A stretch of DNA of 64,000 bases from Candidatus Dadabacteria bacterium CSP1-2 (GCA_001443445.1 LDXN01000009.1:4798-68797); one strand, 5' to 3'; positions 29,039 through 39,398 are shown, numbered from the stretch's first letter. Numbers and translations: made by a program. Notes: generated from the letters alone by a model not told the origin.

Positions 29039-29756
29039 CTGCTATCTCAAATCCCTTTAGCTCATCGCGGATGCTTAAGGGATCAACCTTTATTCCCGGA
29101 CCCATTGTAGTAGAAAGCACAACCTTTTTGATAAATGTCCCTTTCGACGAAGATGGCTTCATCCTTGTGATTGTATCCATAAGCACAAGAAAGTTCTCTC
29201 TAAGCTTATCTGAACCAAAAGAGGCCTTTCCAACCGGGGTATGAATAACACCACCCTTATCATTTTTTATCTCGATTCTCCCCGCTTTTGCTTCCTTAAC
29301 CGCTTTTCCTATCTCGAAAGTTACAGTCCCAACCTTCGGGCTTGGCATAAGCCCTCTAGGACCGAGTATCTTACCAAGCTTTCCCACCAGGTTCATTACA
29401 TCGGGGGTTGCAATAGTAACCTCAAAATCAAGCCAATTTTCTTTGGAAATCTTCTCAATTAAATCTTCAGCACCGACGTAATCTGCACCTGTCTCCTGAG
29501 CCTCTTTCACCTTGTCACCTTTTGCAAAAACCAATACCCTCACACTTCTTCCTGTCCCGTGTGGAAGAACAATAGCTCCTCTAATCTGCTGGTCAGCATG
29601 ACGTGGGTCAATGCCGAGTTTGACTGCAGCCTCTACAGTTTCATCAAATTTCGCAGTTTTTGTTTCTTCAACTATCTTTATCGCTTCCCGAACTTCATAC
29701 AGTTTTGTAGAATCAATCTTTTTTTTAGCTTCTAAGTACCTTTTCCCTCTCTCCAT
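29034..29756 (-). CDS. rplA: 50S ribosomal protein L1
   Basis: The track ORF starts at a TTG (29771). The ATG at 29756 follows GGAGG plus 6 nt and gives [15 protein letters not shown], the usual L1 opening. Confidence 0.93.
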   Translation of the reverse strand: MERGKRYLEAKKKIDSTKLYEVREAIKIVEETKTAKFDETVEAAVKLGIDPRHADQQIRGAIVLPHGTGRSVRVLVFAKGDKVKEAQETGADYVGAEDLIEKISKENWLDFEVTIATPDVMNLVGKLGKILGPRGLMPSPKVGTVTFEIGKAVKEAKAGRIEIKNDKGGVIHTPVGKASFGSDKLRENFLVLMDTITRMKPSSSKGTFIKKVVLSTTMGPGIKVDPLSIRDELKGFEIAA

Positions 29757-29777
29757 TTTTGCCTCCTTCAAATAAAT

Positions 29778-29847
29778 TCAGAAGTCAGGAGTCAGCAGCC
29801 AGAAGTTTTCTTCCTTTCTTCTGAATTCTGACTCCTGAATTCTTCTC
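29778..29847. repeat. Heptad array (TCAGAAG / TCTGAAT family), 10 units in register
   Basis: The units read tcagaag tcaggag tcagcag ccagaag ttttctt cctttct tctgaat tctgact cctgaat tcttctc. tcaggagtcag (29786-29796) is the exact complement of ctgactcctga (29828-29838). Confidence 0.85.
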
Positions 29848-29848
29848 A

Positions 29849-30265
29849 CTATACGACCTCAATACCCATACTCCTTGCCGTTCCCTCAACAATCTTAACT
29901 GCGGCTTCTATATCATCAGAATTTAGATCAGGCAGCTTTATATTAGCTATTTCTCTTACCTGTGACCTTGTTACCTTACCTACCTTTACCCTTGATGCTG
30001 TAACTGAGCCCTTATCCAATCCTGAAGCCTTTTTTAACAAATATGACACCGGAGGAGTTTTAATTATAAACGAAAATGATCTATCTGCATAAACTGTCAC
30101 TATAACAGGAAATATTCCATCCATCTTTGATGTCTGTGCATTAAAAGCCTTACAGAATTCCATTATATTTACACCCTTTTGTCCAAGAGCCGGTCCTACA
30201 GGAGGAGAAGGCGTTGCCTTCCCAGCAGGAACTAAGAGCTTTACTTCTCCAATTACCTTTTTCAT
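29849..30265 (-). CDS. rplK: 50S ribosomal protein L11
   Basis: 138 aa with the motif [17 protein letters not shown]. Confidence 0.95.
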   Translation of the reverse strand: MKKVIGEVKLLVPAGKATPSPPVGPALGQKGVNIMEFCKAFNAQTSKMDGIFPVIVTVYADRSFSFIIKTPPVSYLLKKASGLDKGSVTASRVKVGKVTRSQVREIANIKLPDLNSDDIEAAVKIVEGTARSMGIEVV

Positions 30266-30266
30266 C

Positions 30267-30824
30267 CTAAATTCTCTCCACTTGAGTGAAATCCAATTCT
30301 ATTGGTGTTGTCCTACCAAATATTGTTACCAGAACCTGAACCTTGCCCTTTTCAGGTTTGACTTCGTCAATAAGACCCGAGAAATTTACAAAAGGACCAT
30401 CTGTGACTCTAACAGTTTCTCCCTTCTCAAATGTAACCCTAGGTTTTGGTTTCAGGGTTCCTTCTTCTATTTGCCTCTTTATCTTAATAACCTCTTTTTC
30501 ATCTATACTAGGAACGGAATCAGGGTCAATCTTTCCTTCTTTCAGCTTACCACCAACAAACCCTATCACCTTTGGTATGTTTCTAATAAAATGCCAACTT
30601 CTCTCGTTAAGCTCCATGTTGACTAGGATGTACCCTGGGAAAAATCTCCTAAATGAGGTTTTCTTTCTGCCACCTTTTACTGGCTCGATGATGGTTTCAG
30701 TAGGCACTAAAACCTCATGAACAGATACCTCCATCCCTTCTAGTTTGACCCTCTCTTCAATTAAGGCCTTTACACGATCCTCAAAGCCTGTATTTATGTG
30801 AACCACGTACCACCTATAAGCCAT
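30267..30824 (-). CDS. nusG: Transcription termination/antitermination factor NusG
   Basis: 185 aa with NGN and KOW domains, in the conserved secE-nusG-rplK position. Confidence 0.93.
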   Translation of the reverse strand: MAYRWYVVHINTGFEDRVKALIEERVKLEGMEVSVHEVLVPTETIIEPVKGGRKKTSFRRFFPGYILVNMELNERSWHFIRNIPKVIGFVGGKLKEGKIDPDSVPSIDEKEVIKIKRQIEEGTLKPKPRVTFEKGETVRVTDGPFVNFSGLIDEVKPEKGKVQVLVTIFGRTTPIELDFTQVERI

Positions 30825-30847
30825 ACCTATTTATTTCTCCGTCTCTC

Positions 30848-31051
30848 CTAACTCAAAACGTACTTTACTACTAATGAGAACAAGAAGTCTATTGCTCCCA
30901 AAAATGATGCAAGAATAATAGAAATAACGATAACAGCCCCGGTCGAACGAATTGATTCCCTAAGGGATGGCCATGATATGCGCTTTGCTTCAACCTCAAT
31001 ATCCTTAAAAAACTGAACAAGCATAGCTATTAATTCATTTATTTTTTCCAT
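30848..31051 (-). CDS. secE: Preprotein translocase subunit SecE
   Basis: 67 aa with a single C-terminal TM helix, in the conserved position. Confidence 0.85.
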   Translation of the reverse strand: MEKINELIAMLVQFFKDIEVEAKRISWPSLRESIRSTGAVIVISIILASFLGAIDFLFSLVVKYVLS

Positions 31052-31153
31052 TTCTCCTCAGTTATAGCCATTAAGGCAATTTGACGTTATTCATTAGTCG
31101 CTTATTTCCCAAAAATTATTTCATCAAGTATCATAGAGCAAACACATAATTTA

Positions 31154-31227
31154 CAGGGCAGGAGGGACTCGAACCCCCAACCGCTGGATTTGGAGTCCAG
31201 TGCTCTACCAAATTGAGCTACTGCCCT
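31154..31227 (-). tRNA. tRNA-Trp (anticodon CCA)
   Basis: Reverse complement is agggcagtagctcaatttggtagagcactggactCCAaatccagcggttgggggttcgagtccctcctgccctg. The acceptor stem agggcag/ctgccct and the cloverleaf fold by hand. Usual position upstream of secE. Confidence 0.9.
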
Positions 31228-31235
31228 TAATAAAA

Positions 31236-31316
31236 TGATGCGTGATACAAGATTCATGATGCACATTGCCTCTTGTATCCTGCATACCGCATCTTTCCAT
31301 CCTGAATCCTGTATCT
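31236..31316. repeat. Heptad array (TGATGCA / TCCTGCA family) between rpmG and tRNA-Trp
   Basis: tgatgcg tgataca agattca tgatgca cattgcc is followed by tcttgta tcctgca taccgca tctttcc atcctga atcctgt. Same word family as 28945-29038. Confidence 0.8.
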
Positions 31317-31475
31317 TTACTTTGTCTCCTTATGTAAGGTATGGCGTCTACACCATCTGCAGTATTTCTTGAGCTCCATTTTATCCCTATGGGTTTGTCT
31401 GTTCTTTCTAGTAGAATAATTCCTTCTTTTACAGTCACTGCAAGCAAGTGCAATAATTACAGTGTTATCTCCCAT
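31317..31475 (-). CDS. rpmG: 50S ribosomal protein L33
   Basis: Hand-translated as [52 protein letters not shown] (52 aa, CxxC...CxxC). Missing from the ORF track. Track ORF 31205-31453 is an out-of-frame artefact. Confidence 0.9.
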   Translation of the reverse strand: MGDNTVIIALACSDCKRRNYSTRKNRQTHRDKMELKKYCRWCRRHTLHKETK

Positions 31476-31486
31476 TTAGGACCCCA

Positions 31487-32671
31487 CTACTGAGTGATTT
31501 TAGTAACTACTCCTGCTCCTACTGTCCTTCCCCCTTCTCTTATTGCAAACCTTAACCCCTCCTCCATCGCCACTGGCGCTATCAACTCCACATCCATGTT
31601 CACATTATCCCCTGGCATCACCATCTCTACCCCATCTGGCAGCTTTATATTCCCTGTCACATCTGTTGTCCTTAGGTAAAACTGCGGCCTATACCCTGTG
31701 AAAAATGGTGTGTGCCTTCCCCCCTCCTCCTTCGTTAATACATACACCTCTGCCTTAAGCCTCGTATGCGGCGTTATACTCCCCGGCGCTGCCAATACCT
31801 GCCCCCTCTCCACCTCATCCTTCCCTACCCCCCTTAATAACACCCCTACGTTATCCCCTGCTACCGAATCATCTAGTATCTTCCTGAACATCTCTAAACT
31901 AGTCGCTACTGTCTTCCTTGTCTCCTTAAACCCTACTATCTCTACCTCCTCCCCTGCCTTTATCTTCCCCCTCTCTACCCTTCCTGTCACCACTGTTCCC
32001 CTTCCCGATATGGTGAATACGTCTTCTATTGCCATCAAAAATGGCTTGTCTACCTCCCTCACCGGCTCTGGTACGTACTTGTCTACTGCGCTCATTAATT
32101 CTAGTACCTGCTTCTCTGCCACTGCATCACCCTCTAATGCCTTTAGCGCACTTACTCTCACTATCGGTATCTCATCCCCTGGAAACCCATATTTGGTTAA
32201 TAATTCCCTTACTTCTAGCTCCACTAAATCTAATAGCTCAGGATCATCCATCGCATCTACCTTGTTTAGGCATACCACTATGCATGGCACACCTACCTGC
32301 CTTGCCAATAATATATGCTCTCTTGTCTGGGGCATTGGCCCATCTGGTGCGCTCACTACTAGTATTGCCCCATCCATCTGTGCTGCCCCGGTTATCATGT
32401 TCTTTACGTAGTCTGCATGCCCAGGACAGTCTACATGCGCATAGTGCCTCTTGTCTGTCTCATACTCCACGTGTGCTATGTTTATTGTTATCCCCCTCTC
32501 CTTCTCCTCTGGCGCCTTGTCTATCTCATCAAATGGGACAAACTTTGCCTTGCCTTGCTTCTCTAGTATCTTCGTTATTGCCGCTGTAAGTGTTGTCTTG
32601 CCATGATCTACGTGCCCTATTGTCCCTATGTTTAAATGCGGCTTCTTCCTCTCAAACCTCTGCTTCGCCAT
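31487..32671 (-). CDS. tuf: Elongation factor Tu
   Basis: 394 aa with [15 protein letters not shown] and NKVD motifs. Codon usage is highly atypical (see findings). Confidence 0.97.
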   Translation of the reverse strand: MAKQRFERKKPHLNIGTIGHVDHGKTTLTAAITKILEKQGKAKFVPFDEIDKAPEEKERGITINIAHVEYETDKRHYAHVDCPGHADYVKNMITGAAQMDGAILVVSAPDGPMPQTREHILLARQVGVPCIVVCLNKVDAMDDPELLDLVELEVRELLTKYGFPGDEIPIVRVSALKALEGDAVAEKQVLELMSAVDKYVPEPVREVDKPFLMAIEDVFTISGRGTVVTGRVERGKIKAGEEVEIVGFKETRKTVATSLEMFRKILDDSVAGDNVGVLLRGVGKDEVERGQVLAAPGSITPHTRLKAEVYVLTKEEGGRHTPFFTGYRPQFYLRTTDVTGNIKLPDGVEMVMPGDNVNMDVELIAPVAMEEGLRFAIREGGRTVGAGVVTKITQ

Positions 32672-32701
32672 AGATTTATTACCTCCTAATATCTTGTTTA
32701 G

Positions 32702-32862
32702 CCACTAACGAACAACAAGCACGAATCACTAAATTCCGATTCCCAAGAATTCAGAAGTCGGAATCCAGAATCCAGAAGATAAAACTCTAACTTCTGAATT
32801 CTGATTTCTGGCTCCTGACTTCTTATTTGAGATTTGAAATTTGTTATTTGGAATTTGTAGTT
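32702..32862. repeat. 23 consecutive heptads in one register (three word families) filling the fusA-tuf spacer
   Basis: The units read ccactaa cgaacaa caagcac gaatcac taaattc cgattcc caagaat tcagaag tcggaat ccagaat ccagaag ataaaac tctaact tctgaat tctgatt tctggct cctgact tcttatt tgagatt tgaaatt tgttatt tggaatt tgtagtt. Confidence 0.9.
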
Positions 32863-32865
32863 TCA

Positions 32866-34947
32866 TTACGCCCCTTTTACTCTGGCCTTAATCCCTTGAG
32901 AAAGCATCTCAGGAACATCGGCATAGTGTGAGAACTCCATAGTAAACGTACCTCTTCCCTCTGTCATAGATCTTAAATGAGTGGCATAACCAAACATCTC
33001 AGAAAGAGGCACCTCCGATTTTATAGCTTGCATACCGCCTCGTAGCTCCGTCCCAATAATTCTTCCTCTTCTCGAACTTAAATCCCCAATTACAGATCCC
33101 ATAAACTCTTCGGGTACAACAACCTCAACACTCATCAAGGGTTCAAGAATTACAGGAGAAGCACGTCTAACCGCATCCTTAAACGCCATTGAAGCGGCGA
33201 TCTTAAATGCTATCTCAGAAGAATCCACCTCGTGATAAGATCCATCGTAGAGTCTCACACCAAAATCAACAACAGGATATCCTGCGATAACACCAGTCAC
33301 CATTGCCTCTTCAATACCCTTTTCAACAGCCGGTATATACTCTTTTGGAATTGCTCCACCCTTAATCTCATCTATAAACTCAAAACCCGATCCTCGTTCT
33401 CTAGGTCCTAATCTTATTTTCACATGACCGTATTGGCCACGCCCACCGGTCTGGCGGATAAACTTTCCCTCAGCCTGAGAAGAGGCTGTGATTGTTTCTT
33501 TATATGCTACCTGAGGCTTTCCAACATTTGCATCAACCTTAAATTCACGTTTTAGACGATCAACTATTATTTCTAAATGAAGCTCTCCCATACCGGCAAT
33601 AATAGTCTGACTGGTCTCTTCGTCGAACTTAACCTTGAATGATGGGTCCTCTATTGCGAGCTTTCCAAGCGATATACCAAGTTTTTCCTGATCGGCTTTA
33701 GTTTTTGGCTCAATTGCAACAGAAATAACAGGTTCAGGAAACTGAAGGCTTTCAAGAATTATAGGCTTATTTTCATCTGAAAGTGTATCACCTGTAATTG
33801 TATTCCTAAGACCAACCGCTGCAGCAATATCTCCTGCGCTTATCTCCTTGATCTCCTCACGTTTGTTTGCGTGCATCCTGAGAAGCCTTCCGATTTTCTC
33901 CCTACTACCCTTTCTTGAGTTATAGACGGATGTCCCTGAGGCAAGCTTTCCCGAATATACCCTTAAATATGTAAGCTGACCGACAAATGGGTCTGTCATT
34001 ATTTTAAAAGCAAGCGCAGAGAATGGCTCGGTTTCTTTTGGATACCTAAACTCCTCCTGATCAGTATATGGGTTTATCCCCTTTACAGGAGGCAAATCTA
34101 TCGGCGAGGGAAAAAAATCTACAACAGCATCAAGAAGGGTTTGAACGCCCTTGTTTTTAAATGCTGAACCACAAAGCACCGGGACTGCATTTATTACGAT
34201 AGTAGACTTTCTTAACACGCTTTTTATCTTTTCTTCTGTAATGGGCTTCCCGTTAAGGTAGTTTCCCATTACCTCTTCATCAAAATCTGAAAGAGATTCT
34301 AAGAGTTTCTCCCTACCCAAAATAGCTTGATCTTTTACCTGATCTGGTATTTCGATAAACTCATATTTAGATCCTAGAGAGTCCTCCTCCCAGACTACTA
34401 ATTTCATCTGAATAAGATCAATTATCCCTTTGAATTCATCATCATCAATCCACGGAATTTGAATAAAAATAGGATTAGAGTTTAATTTATTCCTGATCTG
34501 GTCAATAGTTTTAAAGAAATCAGCCCCCACTCGGTCCATCTTATTAACAAAAGCAATCCTTGGAACGTTGTAGCGGTCAGCCTGTCGCCATACTGTTTCA
34601 GATTGTGGTTCAACACCGCCGACACCATCGAAAACCACAACAGCTCCATCAAGTACCTTTAAAGACCTTTCAACCTCGATCGTAAAATCCACGTGTCCTG
34701 GAGTATCAATAATGTTGATTCTATGGTCACGCCAGAAACAAGCGGTAGTTGCTGCAGTAATGGTGATACCCCGCTCCCTTTCTTGTTCCATCCAGTCCAT
34801 TATGGCTGTGCCTTCATGAACCTCGCCAATCTTATATGTCAGACCAGTGTAATAAAGGATGCGCTCTGTCGTTGTGGTCTTACCGGCATCTATATGGGCA
34901 ATAATCCCAATATTTCTAGTCTTTTCTATAGTTACGTTACTACTCAA
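32866..34947 (-). CDS. fusA: Elongation factor G
   Basis: 693 aa with [17 protein letters not shown] and NKMD motifs. Confidence 0.97.
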   Translation of the reverse strand: MSSNVTIEKTRNIGIIAHIDAGKTTTTERILYYTGLTYKIGEVHEGTAIMDWMEQERERGITITAATTACFWRDHRINIIDTPGHVDFTIEVERSLKVLDGAVVVFDGVGGVEPQSETVWRQADRYNVPRIAFVNKMDRVGADFFKTIDQIRNKLNSNPIFIQIPWIDDDEFKGIIDLIQMKLVVWEEDSLGSKYEFIEIPDQVKDQAILGREKLLESLSDFDEEVMGNYLNGKPITEEKIKSVLRKSTIVINAVPVLCGSAFKNKGVQTLLDAVVDFFPSPIDLPPVKGINPYTDQEEFRYPKETEPFSALAFKIMTDPFVGQLTYLRVYSGKLASGTSVYNSRKGSREKIGRLLRMHANKREEIKEISAGDIAAAVGLRNTITGDTLSDENKPIILESLQFPEPVISVAIEPKTKADQEKLGISLGKLAIEDPSFKVKFDEETSQTIIAGMGELHLEIIVDRLKREFKVDANVGKPQVAYKETITASSQAEGKFIRQTGGRGQYGHVKIRLGPRERGSGFEFIDEIKGGAIPKEYIPAVEKGIEEAMVTGVIAGYPVVDFGVRLYDGSYHEVDSSEIAFKIAASMAFKDAVRRASPVILEPLMSVEVVVPEEFMGSVIGDLSSRRGRIIGTELRGGMQAIKSEVPLSEMFGYATHLRSMTEGRGTFTMEFSHYADVPEMLSQGIKARVKGA

Positions 34948-34964
34948 TTATTCTCCCCCCAAAC

Positions 34965-35435
34965 TTACCACCTATAATGAGCAAAAGCCCTATTGGCTTC
35001 AGCCATCTTTTGTACATCTTCTCTTTTTTTAATCGCTCCCCCACGCCCTTGAGCTGCATCCATAATCTCGGATGCAAGCTTTTCTTCCATTGATTTTCCT
35101 TGCCTACCCCTTGCAGCATTGATTATCCATCTTATAGCAAGAGATAGACGACGAAATTGGTTTACCTCGATTGGAACTTGATATGTAGCTCCACCTACCC
35201 TTCGAGGTCTTACCTCAATAACCGGCTTTATGTTTTCCATCGCTGTATGAAAAACCTCTAGGGGATCCTTTTCCATTTTTTTACCAACCGTTTCGACAGC
35301 TTTATAGAAAATGTTTTCAGCTATACTCTTCTTTCCATCGTACATAAGGGAATTTATAAACTTTGCTACCATCAAATCTCCGTACTTAGGATCCGTAGAA
35401 ATCCGTCTCTTAGAAACTGAACCTTTTCTTGACAT
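34965..35435 (-). CDS. rpsG: 30S ribosomal protein S7
   Basis: 156 aa, typical S7 sequence and position. Confidence 0.95.
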   Translation of the reverse strand: MSRKGSVSKRRISTDPKYGDLMVAKFINSLMYDGKKSIAENIFYKAVETVGKKMEKDPLEVFHTAMENIKPVIEVRPRRVGGATYQVPIEVNQFRRLSLAIRWIINAARGRQGKSMEEKLASEIMDAAQGRGGAIKKREDVQKMAEANRAFAHYRW

Positions 35436-35452
35436 CGTGGTTTTTTACTTAA

Positions 35453-35824
35453 TTACTTGGGTCTCTTGGCACCGTATTTAGAGCGGCTTTTTCTTCTATT
35501 CTGCACGCCCGTGGCATCCAATGAGCCCCTTATAATATGGTATCTTACGCCAGGAAGGTCTTTTACCCTACCACCCCTTACAAGAACTACCGAATGTTCC
35601 TGAAGTGAATGTCCTTCACCAGGGATATAACCAGTTATCTCCATACCATTTGTAAGCCTTATACGGGCAACCTTTCTAAGAGCCGAGTTCGGTTTTTTGG
35701 GAGTGGTAGTATACACTCTGATGCATACACCCCTTTTTTGAGGACAGCTCTGTAGAGCTGGAGCCTTACTTTTCTTCGTTAACTGCTCTCTCCCCTCTTT
35801 TACCAGTTGCCCAATTGTAGGCAT
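35453..35824 (-). CDS. rpsL: 30S ribosomal protein S12
   Basis: 123 aa with the motif [12 protein letters not shown]. Confidence 0.95.
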   Translation of the reverse strand: MPTIGQLVKEGREQLTKKSKAPALQSCPQKRGVCIRVYTTTPKKPNSALRKVARIRLTNGMEITGYIPGEGHSLQEHSVVLVRGGRVKDLPGVRYHIIRGSLDATGVQNRRKSRSKYGAKRPK

Positions 35825-35863
35825 ATATTACAGTTTCTCCTACATATCAAAAATGAATTTAAA

Positions 35864-35893
35864 ATTATAATCATGAAATGCTTATGTTGTCAA
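35864..35893 (-). promoter_or_regulatory. Candidate sigma-70 promoter of the rpsL operon
   Basis: On the minus strand: TTGACA (35893-35888), an 18-nt spacer, then TATAAT (35869-35864). AGGAG precedes the rpsL ATG about 40 nt downstream. Confidence 0.5.
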
Positions 35894-36070
35894 GAAATAT
35901 GTAGTTGCTTGTAGTTGCAAAATGATAATGTCACCCCATGGGTTTTTGGGATAATTTCTGAATTTATCAGGAATTATCCACAAGGAGGTAGAAACACTGA
36001 TGGAAGTATTAACCTTGAGGCAGCAGGAACGATTAATGGTTATTCAAACTGGCAGAAACCTTTCTACTAG

Positions 36071-37024
36071 CTATTCCCCGTGTTCTTCAATGAACTTTTC
36101 TGCATCCATAGCAGCCATGCATCCTGTGCCAGCCGCTGTTATAGCCTGCCGATACCTATGGTCTTGAACATCACCTGCTGCAAACACTCCAGGAACACTT
36201 ATCTCTGTTGTTCCATTTTTCGTAATAATATATCCCTTTTCATCCATCTCGAGTTGTCCCTTAAAGAGCTTTGTGTTAGGAGTGTGACCAATTGCAACAA
36301 ATACTCCTTGACATGCTTTTTCGCTTATCTCTCCTGTAACTACATTCCTTATTTTTACTCCAGTTACGCCTTTTTCCTTATCCCCTATTATTTCCTCAAC
36401 AACAGAATCCCAAATAAATTCTATCTTTTTATTTTTAAATGCCCTCTCTTGCAAAATCTTTGACGCTCTTAACCTATCCCTTCGATGAATGACGGTTACC
36501 TTAGTAGCATACTTTGTAAGAAATACTGCCTCCTCTACCGCTGTATCGCCACCTCCAACTACAACAACTTCCTGATCTTTGAAGAAAAAGCCATCACATG
36601 TAGCACAAGTTGAAACACCATGTCCAAGTAGTCTTCTTTCCGAATTAATACCAAGGAGCTTAGCAGATGCTCCAGAAGCGATTATTAATGTATCTGCCTG
36701 TAAAACCGTCTCTCCTGCTACTATCTTGAATGGCCTTTTTGAAAGGTCTACAGAGGTTACTTCTGCAAATACACACTTTGCGCCGAATCTTTCTGCTTGC
36801 TTTCTCATATAATCCATTAGGTCAGGCCCCATAATTCCATCTGGAAAGCCTGGGTAGTTTTCAACAGCGGTTGTTAACGTAAGCTGACCCCCTGCTTGTG
36901 TTCCTTCAAAGACAATCGGTTCGAGGTTTGCTCTTGCAGCGTATAATGCCGCAGTGAAACCAGCGGGTCCTGAACCGATGATAACTACTTTGTATCTTTG
37001 CTTCAACTCTTCTAAATTACTCAT
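36071..37024 (-). CDS. trxB: Thioredoxin-disulfide reductase
   Basis: 317 aa with GSGPAG, the redox-active CATCDG and a second dinucleotide fold GGGDTA. Confidence 0.93.
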   Translation of the reverse strand: MSNLEELKQRYKVVIIGSGPAGFTAALYAARANLEPIVFEGTQAGGQLTLTTAVENYPGFPDGIMGPDLMDYMRKQAERFGAKCVFAEVTSVDLSKRPFKIVAGETVLQADTLIIASGASAKLLGINSERRLLGHGVSTCATCDGFFFKDQEVVVVGGGDTAVEEAVFLTKYATKVTVIHRRDRLRASKILQERAFKNKKIEFIWDSVVEEIIGDKEKGVTGVKIRNVVTGEISEKACQGVFVAIGHTPNTKLFKGQLEMDEKGYIITKNGTTEISVPGVFAAGDVQDHRYRQAITAAGTGCMAAMDAEKFIEEHGE

Positions 37025-37192
37025 CTTTCAAATTTTCCATATTATTTTTAATTTATATAACATTCGATAAGGTAATATTCATGTCGTAGAATCAATCAAT
37101 CCTTAAATTAGAGAAATTGATCACCTTAATTATTTATGACGCGTGAATACAAAAATAGATTCAATATATAATATCAACACATAACTCAATCA

Positions 37193-38053
37193 TCATCTTG
37201 TTTCCTTGCCTACATTTGTTTTCATTACTTCTTCTAGAGTTGTCTTTCTAAAACCCTTCATTACCTCAAACTCGCTATTCCCGATTTCTGTTTCCTTAGC
37301 ATTAACTACCTCTATAATTCCTTTATTCTGCCCGACAACTTGAACTGTTTTTAGAGGATATCCCTTTTCTAATAACTTTTGATATTCCAAGCTAGATTCT
37401 AAGCCTCCACCACTACTTGTGTACAGTGAACTCAGAGTTTCGTTAACTCTATTTTGGAAGTCGTTCATCTTATTCATATCAATATCTTTATATACACTCA
37501 TATCATCTGAAACCCAAATCTCTTGATAAACAGCCCCATCGGTATAAATCTTATACATGGTAGCATTATATCCTGCCATAGTTTGTTTATCGGGGGTCTT
37601 TTCAATTCTCACCTGTACTTTCATGTCCGACTGCTTAGCCTCCCCGGGAAGTCGTAGTCCCTGTTTTTTCATCTCCTCCTCAATAGCTTTTCTCTGCTCT
37701 GGCGGCATGTTTTTTAGAGATTCTTCCAATTTCTTTCTTGACTGAGCAACGGACCTCGCTATCTCACTTATATACTCATCAATTGTGCTACCCCAGTAAA
37801 GCTTTCTACCGGAATCAACAATGAATATCTGATTGCTATTATAATTTATGATTATCTCTGAGTTTCCCTGAAGGGATTTAACCCTGTTTTTTGAAAAATA
37901 AAACTTGGATTTGATCTTTTGCTTCGAAGATTCCTTGGAAGAAGTTGCTACGCTGTAAATAACCTGTTCAATTATCCATCCCGCTCTAACACTACTTGAA
38001 AAACATAAGAAAACTAGAGCAAGAAAAAAAGATATGAATTTAAAAGTCATCAT
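37193..38053 (-). CDS. Hypothetical exported protein
   Basis: 286 aa with an N-terminal signal peptide (FLALVFLCFSSSVRA). No motif recognised. Confidence 0.5.
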   Translation of the reverse strand: MMTFKFISFFLALVFLCFSSSVRAGWIIEQVIYSVATSSKESSKQKIKSKFYFSKNRVKSLQGNSEIIINYNSNQIFIVDSGRKLYWGSTIDEYISEIARSVAQSRKKLEESLKNMPPEQRKAIEEEMKKQGLRLPGEAKQSDMKVQVRIEKTPDKQTMAGYNATMYKIYTDGAVYQEIWVSDDMSVYKDIDMNKMNDFQNRVNETLSSLYTSSGGGLESSLEYQKLLEKGYPLKTVQVVGQNKGIIEVVNAKETEIGNSEFEVMKGFRKTTLEEVMKTNVGKETR

Positions 38054-38254
38054 ATTGCTTCCTTTTAAGGGATTAAATCTAATGCATAATATATTATCAT
38101 TGGTATTATCAAAAAACTCAATTTATTTTTTATAGGATAGTTTGTTATAGTTATTTCGATTTGCGTATCATAAATATTAAATTGAAATAATTATTAGTTT
38201 AGAAAATTGGGAACTAACATCATTGTACCCTAAAACGATTTTTGGAAAGTTAAG

Positions 38255-39346
38255 ATGAAAAAAACCTTGCTTTATGATGTTCATTCTTTGCTAGGTGCTA
38301 TTTTTGATGACTTTTCAGGTTTTTTAATGCCTAAAAGTTACAATAACCCTTTAGAGGAATATCTCGCTGTAAGAAAAGGTGTTGGCCTTATTGATCTTTC
38401 GCATCGAGGGAAGTTGCGTATAAGTGGAAAGGAACATTTAAAATTCCTACAGGGCATGGTGACTAATGATGTTATGAAATTAGAAGAAGGAAAAGGCCTA
38501 TACGCAACCCTACTTACAGTAAAGGGAAAAATGGTCGCAGATATGAGGATATATCGGGAGAAAGAATCAGTACTACTCGAGCTAGAGCCGGGTCTTAATG
38601 AAAAAGTCAGGGAACTCTTACTTAAATATAGACTATCCTACAAAGCGAATATTGAAGACCTAACTGATACTTACTGTTTACTCTCTATTCAAGGTCCTAA
38701 TTCCAAAAGGCTTCTTGAAAAATACTTGGGTAAAGAAATCCCAGAACTAAAGGAATATGAATTTCTTAAAAGAGAGATTGTCAGCACTGAGGTTATGATA
38801 ACAAGAGTAAATCGAACAGGGGAAGAGGGATATGATTTTTTCATCCAACCTGATGGAGTTAAGCTTCTTTGGGAATCTCTAATTGGAAATGGTAGAGACC
38901 TTGAATTAAAACCTGTTGGTCTTGAGACAATGGAGACCATAAGAATTGAAGCAGGCGTTCCCAAATATGGCGTAGATATGGATGAAGACACAATCCCGCT
39001 TGAGGCAGGACTCCTCGATGCAATAAGTTTTGAGAAAGGATGCTACGTGGGACAAGAAGTAATTGCGCGTATCAAATGGAGAGGTCATGTAAATTGGTGT
39101 CTTGTTGGATTAGAAATTGAAGGCGAAAACTTGCCTTCAAAGGGTGATAAAATTTTTCACGGTGAACGCGAAATCGGTCATATAACAAGTAGTGTATTTT
39201 CTCCAGTACTTAATAAGGTAATAGCCCTTGGATACATAAGAAGGGAATTTAAAGATCCTGAGACTAAGGCTATAGTAAGGATAAACAGCAAAAGCAAATC
39301 AGCAACGGTTGTAAGAACGCCATTTCTTCAAAGTCGTGGTTCGTGA
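38255..39346 (+). CDS. Aminomethyltransferase-family (GcvT/YgfZ-like) folate-binding protein
   Basis: 363 aa with VGLIDLSHRGKLRISG..FLQGMVTNDV. The last 4 codons and the stop lie inside the heptad array that starts at 39332. Confidence 0.8.
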   Translation: MKKTLLYDVHSLLGAIFDDFSGFLMPKSYNNPLEEYLAVRKGVGLIDLSHRGKLRISGKEHLKFLQGMVTNDVMKLEEGKGLYATLLTVKGKMVADMRIYREKESVLLELEPGLNEKVRELLLKYRLSYKANIEDLTDTYCLLSIQGPNSKRLLEKYLGKEIPELKEYEFLKREIVSTEVMITRVNRTGEEGYDFFIQPDGVKLLWESLIGNGRDLELKPVGLETMETIRIEAGVPKYGVDMDEDTIPLEAGLLDAISFEKGCYVGQEVIARIKWRGHVNWCLVGLEIEGENLPSKGDKIFHGEREIGHITSSVFSPVLNKVIALGYIRREFKDPETKAIVRINSKSKSATVVRTPFLQSRGS

Positions 39347-39398
39347 ATTGTAGCTCGTGTATCGAATCACGATTCACTAAATACGATACACAGCTCAG
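39332..39398. repeat. Heptad array (CG family), 9 units in register
   Basis: The units read agtcgtg gttcgtg aattgta gctcgtg tatcgaa tcacgat tcactaa atacgat acacagc. The array runs from inside the CDS end up to the tRNA-Val 3' end. Confidence 0.85.

Noticed and set aside
31205-31453. 82-aa minus-strand ORF between tuf and secE
   Set aside because: It overlaps tRNA-Trp and is out of frame with the clear L33 (rpmG) reading frame at 31317-31475.
31494-32589. Long plus-strand ORFs antisense to tuf (31494-31679, 31698-32411, 32029-32589)
   Set aside because: They are Ser/Thr/Pro/Leu-rich low-complexity translations. They exist only because the tuf coding strand is about 75% purine, so its complement almost lacks stop codons. 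No RBS or recognisable domain is present.
36000-36176. 58-codon plus-strand ORF (MEVLTLRQQERLMVIQ...) after an AAGGAGG
   Set aside because: The RBS spacing is 11 nt, and most of the ORF is antisense to the 3' end of trxB. At best it is a tiny transposase-like remnant, and that is not supportable.
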